Below the pieces are notes generated by a model. The model searched no databases, was not told the origin of the DNA, and worked only from the letters and a program-made list of their open reading frames with translations. Made by a program: the position numbers and the translations under genes. From an uncultured Burkholderiales bacterium (lineage in GTDB: Bacteria > Pseudomonadota > Gammaproteobacteria > Burkholderiales > SHXO01), in NCBI GenBank assembly GCA_964523885.1, contig CAZFYX010000038.1, positions 64,255 to 128,254 on the forward strand: DNA of 64,000 nucleotides, written 5' to 3'. Below, piece by piece: positions 21,239 through 30,628 of the stretch (its first letter is position 1; the number at the start of each line of letters is the position of its first letter).

Positions 21239-21841
21239 TCAACTCGGCGCGGGATCCTCGGCGCGAACCTCAACGTGCAGTGTCTGGACGAAGCGGTGGG
21301 CCTTGCTCGAAGTGCGGATGGGGAGCGGGTTGAAGAAGAAGGCCTCCACCGGCCGCCACATCATGACCCAGCCGATCACGTTGAACCCCTCGCCGATCGT
21401 GCTGCTCAGCAGCGAAGGCAGCACCCCGAGCGCCTCGCTGCTGAACAGTGACGACATGCCCATGCAGAACATCAGGATCAGGATTCCGCGCACGAGGAGC
21501 CGGCCCGCTTCGCGCTGCATGACGCGCAAGGTGAGATCGTTCGCCTCGATCTTCAGCCGGCAGTAGCGGTGGATGGCGTGGCGCGTGCGCTCCTCCAGCC
21601 CCGCTTCCATCTTCTGCGGCGGCAGCAGCACGATCAGCTTGTGCGCGCCGCGCATCTCGCTCGCGGCCATGAGCTTGCGCACCACGCGCAGCAGCGCCGG
21701 CTCGCCGAGCACCTCCTCGTCGTGCGTCGCCAGAGGATCGATGTCCGGCGCGACGAACAGATGCCGCACATCGCTCACCCGTACCACGAGGTCGCCGCTG
21801 CCGAGCGCAGACCGCGTCATGGTCATTCCCTCCGATCGCAC
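21239..21841 (-). CDS. hypothetical protein with C-terminal transmembrane hairpin
   Basis: A soluble N-terminal half followed by two hydrophobic helices (LLVRGILILMFCMGMSSLF, FNVIGWVMMW). No family recognised. Confidence 0.45.
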   Translation of the reverse strand: MRSEGMTMTRSALGSGDLVVRVSDVRHLFVAPDIDPLATHDEEVLGEPALLRVVRKLMAASEMRGAHKLIVLLPPQKMEAGLEERTRHAIHRYCRLKIEANDLTLRVMQREAGRLLVRGILILMFCMGMSSLFSSEALGVLPSLLSSTIGEGFNVIGWVMMWRPVEAFFFNPLPIRTSSKAHRFVQTLHVEVRAEDPAPS

Positions 21842-21887
21842 GCGATGCCGTCGACGCCAGCCATCCGTGCGCGCAATGTAACGCGGG

Positions 21888-22562
21888 TCAGAACTTGAAT
21901 CCGATGTCGATCCGGAACTGCGTCACTGCCTGCGTGCCGATGCCCCCGCCGATGTCGATCCATTGCCGCGCGGCGAGCCCGCGCAGGAAGAACTGGTCGG
22001 TGGCGTCCCAGCGCAGTCCGGCACCCGCGATGTAGCTGAAGTAGGTGTCGTCCTTGGTCGGATAGCCGGTGCCGCACACGTAGCTCCAGTAGAACGGGTC
22101 GTACCAGCAATACGTCTGCGGTGGGCCGTCGGGCACGTTGCTGTCCACGTAGGTGGCGCCCAGACCGCCCATGACGAACGGGGTCACGGCCCCGGGCAGT
22201 ATGTTCCAGGTGCCCGTCAGGCGCAGGGTGCTGGTCTCCAGGTCGCCGGAGATCCGGGCCGGCCCGTTCGGGTTGCCGGCGGCCGGGGTGAGCCTCGCCT
22301 CGTAGTCCGCGTGGTTCCAGACGAACTCCCCGCCGAGCGCGAAGTGGTCGTTGAAGTTGTAGCCGAAGCCGATGCCAAAGCCCCAGCCGTCGTCGACCTC
22401 GAGGCGCGACCCGCCGTTGCCGTTGGCGTCGAACGACTGGCTGTACTGCGGCAGGAGCGTGAACTCCCATTTGCCGGCGCGTGGCGACGATCCCTGCGGA
22501 GAAGCGAGGCCGGCCACAGCCCCGAGCACCAGCGCAACAGCCGCCTGGAGGAGAGATCTCAT
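21888..22562 (-). CDS. outer-membrane beta-barrel protein (OmpA-like/OmpW-like barrel)
   Basis: Start at MRSLLQAAVALVLGAVAGLA, alternating beta-strand pattern, C-terminal ...RIDIGFKF. The upstream 131 codons of the track ORF look non-coding. Confidence 0.65.
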   Translation of the reverse strand: MRSLLQAAVALVLGAVAGLASPQGSSPRAGKWEFTLLPQYSQSFDANGNGGSRLEVDDGWGFGIGFGYNFNDHFALGGEFVWNHADYEARLTPAAGNPNGPARISGDLETSTLRLTGTWNILPGAVTPFVMGGLGATYVDSNVPDGPPQTYCWYDPFYWSYVCGTGYPTKDDTYFSYIAGAGLRWDATDQFFLRGLAARQWIDIGGGIGTQAVTQFRIDIGFKF

Positions 22563-22804
22563 CCTTGCCCTCCCGTCCCGTTCCCGCCCCGTCGTCGCCA
22601 TCCGGCGCGAGAGGCGCTTCGCAGAGATTCTGCGCGCAGCGGCAGGCGCTGTCCTTGTTAATTCTGGCCACCGGCGGGCCATTCGCGGCGCGCTGGAGCG
22701 CCCTGCACAAGTTGCTGCGCAGTGTCCCCTCCGCTGAGCAGGGCCCGCACGTCGCCGGCTGCTCCACGCTTGGCTGCCGTCATGAATTTCCGTATCCTGC
22801 GTCA

Positions 22805-23485
22805 ATGGATATGGCACGGGAACAAATGCTCGCTGCCCGCTTGCGCGCCCCACGAGCCGCAGCCATCGCCGGCATCCTGTTCTCGGTGCTGCTGATGACC
22901 AGCCTGGTTCTGTTGCGCCGCTCGGTTCCAGCCGATCCGCTGGAAGCGGGGGCATGGCTGCCGACCCACGCGAAGACGATCGCGCTGGCGATGCACCTGC
23001 TACCGTTCGCGGGAGTCGCGTTCCTGTGGTTCATGGGCGTCCTGCGTGACCGCCTGGGTGCCAGCGAGGATCGCTTCTTCGCCACGGTGTTCCTGGGCAG
23101 CGGCCTGCTGTTCCTGGCCCTGCTGTTCGTGAGCGCCGGCATCACCGGCGGGCTCATCCTCGCGTTCGCCGCCGCGCCGGAGCATCTCATCGGCTCCGAT
23201 ACGTTCGCCTTCGGTCGCGCCATCGTGTTCGAGATCATGAACATCTATGCCATCAAGATGGCTGCCGTGTTCATGGTGGCGACCTCAATGCTTGCGCTGC
23301 GCACCGGGTTCATCGCGCGGTGGCTCTCGGGGCTCGGCTTCGCGATGGCGCTGGTGCTGCTCCTGAGCGACCGCGGAGCCGAGCGCGCGGTGGCGCTGTT
23401 CCCCGTCTGGGTGTTCATCGTCAGCGTTCACATCCTGGTCCGCAACCTGCGCGGGGCGCACGCACCGGACCAGTCGCGGAAGTGA
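22805..23485 (+). CDS. hypothetical integral membrane protein
   Basis: About six hydrophobic helices. ATG at 22805. Confidence 0.5.
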   Translation: MDMAREQMLAARLRAPRAAAIAGILFSVLLMTSLVLLRRSVPADPLEAGAWLPTHAKTIALAMHLLPFAGVAFLWFMGVLRDRLGASEDRFFATVFLGSGLLFLALLFVSAGITGGLILAFAAAPEHLIGSDTFAFGRAIVFEIMNIYAIKMAAVFMVATSMLALRTGFIARWLSGLGFAMALVLLLSDRGAERAVALFPVWVFIVSVHILVRNLRGAHAPDQSRK

Positions 23486-23505
23486 ATCTGGCGGCCGAGC
23501 GACTG

Positions 23506-25008
23506 CTACTGCGCAGCTGACGCGCCGCCCAGATCACGCAGCATGCGCTGATAGTCCGGCGATTCGCGCATCAGCTTTCCGGCCATCTCGCGCAGTCGGT
23601 CTACGGACTTGGCCGGCAGCACGAAGCTCGTGGGCAGATTCATGAAATACGCACGTTCGTCCAGGTCTTCGATCTGATCGAAGCTCACATCCATCGTGTA
23701 GATGTCCATCTTCGGGAGCGGGACGCTCGCCTCGGCCTCGGCTTCGGTGGCGCCGTTCAGGCGTGCCCGCAGGATGAGGATCTCTCGCCTCCAGCCATAG
23801 ATCTCCTGGCGGTCTTTCATCAGCTCCACGGTTTCGAACGAGTACCGTTCGATCGGCACCCCGGAGGATTGCAGCAGTTGGGCGATGAAGCCGGGCGGGT
23901 TCTCGCTGCGGTCCCAGTCGGTCGTGGGCGCCGAGCGCGCGTTCACCACGATGATCACGATCCTGCGAAGCTGGGAGATGCCGGTCTCCGCGCGGCCTGC
24001 CGCGCTCACCGCCAGCGCCTCGAACGTCTCCATCACGCCACGTATGCCGATGTTGTCCGCCACCCCGCCGTCGACGAGATGGATGTAGGGGCGATCCTTG
24101 CTGTCCTGGAACTCCCGCATCTCCAGGTAGCGGTTCAAGGCCCGCGCCGAGGGCCGCACCCGGCCTTCGGACTTGGCGACCTCCTGGACCCAGCTCGGAT
24201 ACTCGTAGCCGCAGGTGCCGCCGTAATTGTTGAACGTGACTGCCGAGAGCACGACCGGCACGGCCGAGGACGTGGCTGCCGCGCGGGACAGACGCACCTT
24301 GCTGAGGTCGGAGCACAGCAGGTCGAAGTCCTGCTGGTAGAAGGCGAGCCGTGAGCCCGTCGAGATGTCGGTGCCCGACACCACCGCCGCCGGGGCCGGC
24401 TTGGCGAGCAGGTCGCCGTACGTCGCGCCGTTGAACAGGATCTCGTCGTAATACTCGGCTGCCAGCTCGGAGCGCCCGGCCGTCCCGCCGATGAACTTGT
24501 GCCAGTTGAACGGGTTCAGGGCACGCCATTTCAAGGTCCCCTCCACATCGACCTTCAGGAAGCGCTGCTCGTACTCGGAGAACAGCTGGTCCCCGTACAG
24601 GGCGTAGGCGAGCGCGGTGAAGCTGCCGCCCGACACGCCGGTCATGACGTCCACCTCGTCGATGAGCCGGCGCTGCTGGCCGTCGACGACGATCGGCGTG
24701 CGGCGCAGCTCTTCCAGCACACCATAGGAGAAAGCCGCGGCCCGCGTGCCGCCGCCGGAGAATGCCAGGATGAACAGGGTCTGTGGATCGTTGTTCTGGA
24801 GCTTGGGGACTAGCAGATACGGCCGGTATCCGGCATGGACATCGACCTGCTTGATGGGCTCGTTGACCGGCCGCGAGGCGCAGCCGGCCAGGGCCACGAT
24901 CGTCAGCAGCGCGGCGAGGCATCGGGCAGCGGAGGCCCGCGCCGTGCCGGGACGGGGCTTGGAAGACGAATTCCAGATCGATGGCGGACGAGCCGTCGTC
25001 AGGGCCAT
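23506..25008 (-). CDS. patatin-like phospholipase, probable lipoprotein
   Basis: Oxyanion motif FSGGGTRAAAF, nucleophile elbow GVSGGS, catalytic DGGVADN. Start at MALTT... gives a signal peptide with lipobox LAGC/AS. Confidence 0.8.
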   Translation of the reverse strand: MALTTARPPSIWNSSSKPRPGTARASAARCLAALLTIVALAGCASRPVNEPIKQVDVHAGYRPYLLVPKLQNNDPQTLFILAFSGGGTRAAAFSYGVLEELRRTPIVVDGQQRRLIDEVDVMTGVSGGSFTALAYALYGDQLFSEYEQRFLKVDVEGTLKWRALNPFNWHKFIGGTAGRSELAAEYYDEILFNGATYGDLLAKPAPAAVVSGTDISTGSRLAFYQQDFDLLCSDLSKVRLSRAAATSSAVPVVLSAVTFNNYGGTCGYEYPSWVQEVAKSEGRVRPSARALNRYLEMREFQDSKDRPYIHLVDGGVADNIGIRGVMETFEALAVSAAGRAETGISQLRRIVIIVVNARSAPTTDWDRSENPPGFIAQLLQSSGVPIERYSFETVELMKDRQEIYGWRREILILRARLNGATEAEAEASVPLPKMDIYTMDVSFDQIEDLDERAYFMNLPTSFVLPAKSVDRLREMAGKLMRESPDYQRMLRDLGGASAAQ

Positions 25009-25139
25009 ACACCTTCTACTCGATAGCAGATGCCCGGGCGCGCGCGGCGGTCGCCGCGTCGCGCAGCGATCGAGAGTCGTACCCGATCCCCAAGTGCATC
25101 GCTTCGAAGGATACTCCACTGCATGCCGCGCCGGCGGGC

Positions 25140-26165
25140 TCAAAGATACCGTTCGGCCTTTGCCACGAGATCCTCCGCCGGAGGCATCTCCGCGCGCGGG
25201 ATGGACACGGTGGCGACCACCACGGAGATATCCGCGAATTGCAGCTGGTCGAGCACCAGCTCGTTCGCGTTCGGGTCCTCGCCGGCCTCGACCTTGATGC
25301 CCAGGCGGCTCACCCGCAGCGGCGTGCGCACCAGCTTGAGGTGCGCCTCGGGGTGGTCGAGCACGTCGTTGATCTGGTCGATGTAGCGATCGAGCGTTGC
25401 CACGCTCGACTTCACCTCGATGAACTGGTCCACCGTGCCCTTGAGCTCGCTCTCCACGCTGCGGATCTGCTCGGCGATGGACGCGGGATCATCCACGATG
25501 CCTTCGATGCCGTCCTTCGCCAGGTTCAGCAGCCGCAGCCGGGTGGCAAGATAGCCCTTGCGTTGACTCAGGTCGGCGGCCAGGTTGTCCGCCTCCATGA
25601 TGCGCTTGAGCGCGACCTGCGCCAGCCGCAGGAACAGGCGCCTGCCCACTTCGCGCCGGGTCTCGAGCAGCGTGAGCGCCGGACCGAACAGCCGGTGCAT
25701 GCTGAAGCTCACCGACGTCTGGGCCACGTCGTGGTGCAGCTCGCTGCCCACGAGCTTGGGACCGAGCACCTGGCGCTCGGTCAGCTTCATGCCCAGCATC
25801 GCGGTTGCCTCCGTTACCTCCGGCGGGGCCTTCTGGAACAGGGCGCGCAGCTCGCGGCTCTTGCCGATGACGGCGGGCACGTCGTCCGCGGTGGCGAAGA
25901 AGGCGTTGAGGCGGGGGTCGCGGCTCCATTGCGCCCGCGCGAGTGTGAGCGGCTCCTGCGGCAGCTCGTCCCGGAAGGCGCGCAGGTAGGCGAGCGTATG
26001 CCGTACGCTGCCGGTCAGCTTGCGCTGGTAGCCGGTGTCCATGCGCACGCGCGGCTCGACCTGGTCCACGATCGCCTCGATGGCGATCTTGATGATCTCG
26101 TTGTCGGGATCCTTGCTGTCGGAGCTCCCGAACAGGAAACCGAACATGTCCGCAATGCCTGCCAT
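25140..26165 (-). CDS. hypothetical cytoplasmic protein (341 aa), no recognised domain
   Basis: Coding-like, mostly helix-prone sequence. Start at MAGIADMFGF. Lies 131 nt upstream of the patatin gene on the same strand. Confidence 0.5.
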   Translation of the reverse strand: MAGIADMFGFLFGSSDSKDPDNEIIKIAIEAIVDQVEPRVRMDTGYQRKLTGSVRHTLAYLRAFRDELPQEPLTLARAQWSRDPRLNAFFATADDVPAVIGKSRELRALFQKAPPEVTEATAMLGMKLTERQVLGPKLVGSELHHDVAQTSVSFSMHRLFGPALTLLETRREVGRRLFLRLAQVALKRIMEADNLAADLSQRKGYLATRLRLLNLAKDGIEGIVDDPASIAEQIRSVESELKGTVDQFIEVKSSVATLDRYIDQINDVLDHPEAHLKLVRTPLRVSRLGIKVEAGEDPNANELVLDQLQFADISVVVATVSIPRAEMPPAEDLVAKAERYL

Positions 26166-26277
26166 GGTCCTCTCTCCCTCGTCGATGGGCTGGAATCCCG
26201 GCCGGCCCGGGGCCACCCGCTGCGTCCCCCGCCTGGCATCAGGCAGCCCATTCTATATGCCCGGAGCGTGCGCTCCG

Positions 26278-26293
26278 CTTGAGCTAGCTCAAG
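26278..26293. promoter_or_regulatory. perfect 16-bp palindrome CTTGAGCTAGCTCAAG in a divergent promoter region
   Basis: Read directly from the sequence. Lies between the ATG at 26165 (minus strand) and the ATG at 26372 (plus strand). The binding factor is unknown. Confidence 0.3.
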
Positions 26294-26371
26294 GCAAGCC
26301 CCGGCTGCGCTTGTCCACCGCGCAGACCGGCTGATATCCTCCACCGCTCGTCAACCGCACCGAGCACGCCC

Positions 26372-28258
26372 ATGCTGCAGCTGCCTGCCTGCGTCGATCG
26401 CTCGCCCCGGTTCCCGTGGATGACCGCGGCCCTCGTCCTGCTGTTTGGTGGTGCCGGCGCCGCGCTGGCCGGGGAAGCCGGTCCCGCGATCCGAACCGAC
26501 ATCGGCATCAGCGGCGCGGTGCTCGATTTCCTCGGCAAGCAGCCGTTCGTGCTGCTGTTCGTGACACTCGCGCTGGGCACCGTTGTCGGCCGGCGCAAGC
26601 TCGCCGGCATTTCGCTCGGCTCCACCGCCGGCACGCTGCTGGTCGGCATCCTCATCAGCCTGGCCGCATTTCTCGGGTATCAGATCAAGTACTCGGTGCC
26701 GTCGCTGCTCACTACCGTCACGCTCAATTTGTTCATGTTCGCGGTGGGTCTCAAGGTGGGTCCGCAGTTCTTCTCCGGCCTGCGGCTCGACGGGGCGAAG
26801 TTCGTGGGCGTGGCGCTGGTGGTGGTGCTGCTCAACTTCGCGATCGCTTTCGGCGCCTCGAAGGCGCTGCACCTCTCGCCCGGGTTCGCCACCGGCATCA
26901 TCTCCGGCAGCATGACCGACACGGCAGTGATCGGCGCGGCAACCGGGGCGGTGGAGAGCGGGTCCTACCGGCCGCCGGAAGGCGTGACCCCCGAGTCCGT
27001 CGTCGGCAACGTCGCCGCAGGCTACGCCATCACCTACCTGTTCTCGCTGATCGGCATCATTCTCCTCATCCGCTATCTGCCGCGCCTGTCCGGCATCGAC
27101 GGGCGCGCCGCGGCGCGCGAAGCCGAGGCTGCGTATGGCGGGGGCGAGGGCGCGCTGCCCACGGTCGGCACCGACGCGGCCTACGCGATGCCCAAGCTCG
27201 GGGTGGACGTGCGTGCCTTCCGCGTCGAGAATCCGGCGATGCTGGGGCGGCCGGTCCACGACGTGTCGATCAAGGCCGACGTGCCGGTGCTGCAACTGCT
27301 GCGCGATGGGCAGGTGATCGATCTGAACGGCGATCCGGTGCTGCAGAAGGGCGACCTCCTCACCGTCGTTGCCGATGTGGGCCGCCTGCTCGCCCATGGC
27401 AACGACCTGGGACCGGAGGTGGCCGACGAGCGCGCCCGCCAGGTCGATCTGGAGGTGGCCGACATCGTCGTGACCCGCAAGGAGTACGTCGGCCTCCCGC
27501 TGAAGGAAGTGGTCGAGCGGGTGCGGCGCGCCGTGTTCCCCGACGCGGAGCAGGCCGGGCGGCTGGCGCAGATCGTCGGGTTCATCCGGGCCGGCGAACC
27601 GCTGCCGGCCTACCCCAACACCACCGTGCAGCGGGGCGACATCGCGCGCTTGCTTGCGCCCCGCGTGCGGGTCGATGCAATGGGCCGCGAGGTCGGCATG
27701 GTGGTGCGCGCCAGCAGCGTCTCCGACATCCTGACGCTGGCTTTGGGCCTGGCCATCGGTTACCTGATCGGCTACCTGCATGTGACGATCGGCGGTATCC
27801 CGATCAGTCTTGGCACCCCTGCAGGCGTCATGCTGGCCGGTATCGCCATCAGCACGCTGCGCTCGCGCTATCCGCTGTTCGGCGGGCCGGTGTCCGAGGG
27901 CGCCCGCAGCCTGCTGCAGGATCTGGGGCTGGACTTGTTCATCGCCGTGGTCGCGCTCAACACCGCCCCCAACGTGGCGGGCGCCTTCTCCAGCGGCGGG
28001 GTGCTCGGCATCGTCGCAGTCGGGATCGCGGCGGCGCTGCTGCCGCCCCTGGCTGCGTGGGTGGTGGGCCTGAAGGTGCTCAAGCTCAATCCGGCCGTGC
28101 TGCTCGGTGCCCTGTGCGGTGCGCGCTTCTCCACGCCCGCCCTGCGGGCCGCGCAGGAGGAGACCGGGAGCGCCATTCCGGCAGTCGGCTATCCGGTGCC
28201 CTACGCCATCACCGCGGTGCTCGTGCTGGTGTCGGGCTACCTCGCGCTGTTCCTGTGA
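26372..28258 (+). CDS. YidE/YbjL (AAE/AspT-family) transporter with central TrkA-C domains
   Basis: Duplicated membrane domains (GISLGSTAGTLLVGILI / ISLGTPAGVMLAGIAIS) flank two RCK_C-like segments. Alternative start at 26420. Confidence 0.75.
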   Translation: MLQLPACVDRSPRFPWMTAALVLLFGGAGAALAGEAGPAIRTDIGISGAVLDFLGKQPFVLLFVTLALGTVVGRRKLAGISLGSTAGTLLVGILISLAAFLGYQIKYSVPSLLTTVTLNLFMFAVGLKVGPQFFSGLRLDGAKFVGVALVVVLLNFAIAFGASKALHLSPGFATGIISGSMTDTAVIGAATGAVESGSYRPPEGVTPESVVGNVAAGYAITYLFSLIGIILLIRYLPRLSGIDGRAAAREAEAAYGGGEGALPTVGTDAAYAMPKLGVDVRAFRVENPAMLGRPVHDVSIKADVPVLQLLRDGQVIDLNGDPVLQKGDLLTVVADVGRLLAHGNDLGPEVADERARQVDLEVADIVVTRKEYVGLPLKEVVERVRRAVFPDAEQAGRLAQIVGFIRAGEPLPAYPNTTVQRGDIARLLAPRVRVDAMGREVGMVVRASSVSDILTLALGLAIGYLIGYLHVTIGGIPISLGTPAGVMLAGIAISTLRSRYPLFGGPVSEGARSLLQDLGLDLFIAVVALNTAPNVAGAFSSGGVLGIVAVGIAAALLPPLAAWVVGLKVLKLNPAVLLGALCGARFSTPALRAAQEETGSAIPAVGYPVPYAITAVLVLVSGYLALFL

Positions 28259-28265
28259 GCGCGCC

Positions 28266-29990
28266 TTGAGCGCCGCCGCAACCAATGCTGGCTGGCTCGC
28301 TCGGGTCGGCCGCGTTGCCCCAGGTCTGCCTGCGCTGCTGGGCTATCGACGCGCAGACCTGCCGCACGATCTCGTCGCCGGCCTCTCCGTCGCAGCGGTG
28401 GCGCTTCCGGTTGGTGTGGCCTACGCGCAGCTGGCCGGCTTCGGCCCGGAAGTCGGCCTCTACGCAAGCATCCTGCCGCTGGTCGCGTACGCCCTGTTCG
28501 GGACGTCGCGCCAGCTGATCATCGGACCGGATGCGGCGACCTGCGCGCTGGTCGCATCGGCGGTCACACCGCTCGCCGCGGGCGATCCACAGGTCTACTG
28601 GTCGCTGTCCGTGACGCTGGCCTTCGTGGCAGGCCTGCTGTGCATCGGCGCGAGCTTCCTGCGCCTCGGGGCGCTTGCCGACTTCCTGTCGCGTCCGATC
28701 CTGGTCGGCTTCATGAACGGCATCGCATTGAGCATCATGCTGGGACAGTTGGGCAAGCTCCTCGGCTTCCCGATCCAGGCGCATCGGATCATCCCCGTCC
28801 TGCTCGAGCTCGTGCCGAAGCTGGGCGGGACCCACTGGCCCACGCTTGCGGTGGGACTTGCCAGCTTCGTCGTCCTGGCGAGCGCGCCGCGGCTGGTGCC
28901 GCGCCTGCCTGCCGCGCTGGTCACCATGATCCTGGCCGGAACCGCGGTTGCGCTGCTCGGCCTCGACCGCATGGGCGTCGCAGTGATCGGCTCGGTGCCT
29001 GCAGGCCTGCCTGCTTTGCGTCTGCCGGAGTTCTCCATCGAACTGCTCCCGCCCCTGCTGTCCGATGCCGCGGGCATCGCGCTGATTGCATTCACCAGCA
29101 TGGTGGTGACCTCGCGCAGCTTCGCGGTGAAGAACGGCTACGACATCGACGTTGACCGCGAATTCGCGGCGCTGGGTGCGGCGAACATGGCGTCCGCGCT
29201 CTCGCAGGGCTTCGCGGTCAGCGGCGCGGATTCGCGCACGGCAGTGAGCGACGCAGCTGGCGGGCGCACGCAGGTGGCGGGGTTGGTGGCTGCGCTCGCG
29301 GTGGCCCTGGTGCTGCTCCTCCTCACCGGCCCGCTGCGCTACGTGCCCATCGCCGCACTCGGTGCCGTGCTCATGACTGCTGCGCTGGGGCTCGTCGACG
29401 TGGCGGCGCTGCGCACACTGATGCGCATCGACCGGCGCGATCTCGCACTGTCGGTGCTGGTCACGCTCGGCGTGGTGGCGTTCGGCGCGGTCAACGCGAT
29501 CCTGCTGGCGGTCGGCCTGGCGCTGGTGCGCTTCCTGCGGCTGGTCTCGCGGCCGGTGGTCGAAGTGCTCGGCGAGGTGCCCGCGTTCCCCGGGTTCCAC
29601 GCGCTGTCGCGGCATCCGGCGGCGACCACGGTGGATGGCCTGGTGCTGCTGCGCTTCAACGCTCCGCTGGTGTTCTTCAACGCCCCGGAGTTCAAGCGGG
29701 CAGCGCTGCGCGCGGCGCAAGCTCCCGGCACGCGCTGGCTGGTGATCGACATGCTGCCGATGACCATGATCGACGCCACTGGTATGCTCACGCTGGCGGA
29801 ACTGGTGGCGGAGTTGCGCGCGAAAGGTGTGAGGGTGATCGCGGCCGGACGCCAGACGCAGTGGCACGACTGGGCGCGCAAGCACGGCGTGTCCATCGAG
29901 GACGCGGGGATCGTGAGCTTCCCGACCATCGGGCAGGCGGTGAAGGCATTCCGGGCAGCGGCGCCGCCGCAGCCGGGCGGCAAGCCATGA
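28266..29990 (+). CDS. SulP-family anion permease with C-terminal STAS domain
   Basis: Motifs DLVAGLSVAAVALPVGVAYAQLAG and GLYASILPLVAYALFGTSRQLIIGPDA. STAS-like tail. Start assigned to an in-frame TTG at 28266 because no ATG is available after the upstream gene. Confidence 0.75.
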   Translation: MSAAATNAGWLARVGRVAPGLPALLGYRRADLPHDLVAGLSVAAVALPVGVAYAQLAGFGPEVGLYASILPLVAYALFGTSRQLIIGPDAATCALVASAVTPLAAGDPQVYWSLSVTLAFVAGLLCIGASFLRLGALADFLSRPILVGFMNGIALSIMLGQLGKLLGFPIQAHRIIPVLLELVPKLGGTHWPTLAVGLASFVVLASAPRLVPRLPAALVTMILAGTAVALLGLDRMGVAVIGSVPAGLPALRLPEFSIELLPPLLSDAAGIALIAFTSMVVTSRSFAVKNGYDIDVDREFAALGAANMASALSQGFAVSGADSRTAVSDAAGGRTQVAGLVAALAVALVLLLLTGPLRYVPIAALGAVLMTAALGLVDVAALRTLMRIDRRDLALSVLVTLGVVAFGAVNAILLAVGLALVRFLRLVSRPVVEVLGEVPAFPGFHALSRHPAATTVDGLVLLRFNAPLVFFNAPEFKRAALRAAQAPGTRWLVIDMLPMTMIDATGMLTLAELVAELRAKGVRVIAAGRQTQWHDWARKHGVSIEDAGIVSFPTIGQAVKAFRAAAPPQPGGKP

Positions 29991-30619
29991 GCTTTTTCCT
30001 GCTCGCGTTTCCGGCACTCCTGTCGATCATCAACCCGCTCGGCGGCGCGTTCATCTTTCTCGGCGCGGTCGAGCACCTGTCCGAGCCCACGCGCAGATAT
30101 CTCGCTCGTTGGGTGGCAATCTACAGTTTCATCATCCTCAACGTGTCGCTGTACGTGGGCGGCTACGTGCTGGAGTTCTTCGGCATCTCGATTCCCGTGC
30201 TGCGGGTCGCGGGTGGCATGGTCATCGCGTTGTCTGCATGGGGCATGCTCACGGCGAGCGATACGGCGCCGAAGCAGGACGTGGGGCCCCTCGACGAGGA
30301 GGACGCCAACCGGATGGCGTTCTACCCGCTCACCATGCCGATCACGACCGGACCCGGCACGATCTCCGTCGCCGTGTCCCTGGGGACCAACCGTCCTGAC
30401 CAGATCCGCGACTTCCTGTTCTTCTTCCTGAGCGCGACCTTGGCCACCGGACTGATCGCGCTGCTCATCTACTGGTTGTACAAGTATTCCGACCGGGTCG
30501 CGCGCGTGGTGGGCAGAACCGGCACGACGATCATCGTGCGCCTGTCGGCGTTCCTCCTGTTCTGCATCGGCATCCAGGTCGTGTGGCTGGGGGCGCAGGA
30601 GCTCCTGCGATCGCTGTAG
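29987..30619 (+). CDS. MarC-family (NAAT) membrane protein
   Basis: N-terminus MSFFLLAFPALLSIINPLGGAFIF and the FYPLTMPITTGPGTISV motif. Its ATG overlaps the SulP stop (ATGA). Confidence 0.75.
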   Translation: MSFFLLAFPALLSIINPLGGAFIFLGAVEHLSEPTRRYLARWVAIYSFIILNVSLYVGGYVLEFFGISIPVLRVAGGMVIALSAWGMLTASDTAPKQDVGPLDEEDANRMAFYPLTMPITTGPGTISVAVSLGTNRPDQIRDFLFFFLSATLATGLIALLIYWLYKYSDRVARVVGRTGTTIIVRLSAFLLFCIGIQVVWLGAQELLRSL

Positions 30620-30628
30620 CGGCGGGAG

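Noticed and set aside
23506-26165. Patatin gene plus unknown neighbour as a CBASS-like or other anti-phage module.
   Set aside because: The patatin protein has an export signal and lipobox, unlike cytosolic CapV-type effectors. The neighbour shows no nucleotidyltransferase (GS...DxD) or other signalling-enzyme motif. No further defence-type genes are nearby.
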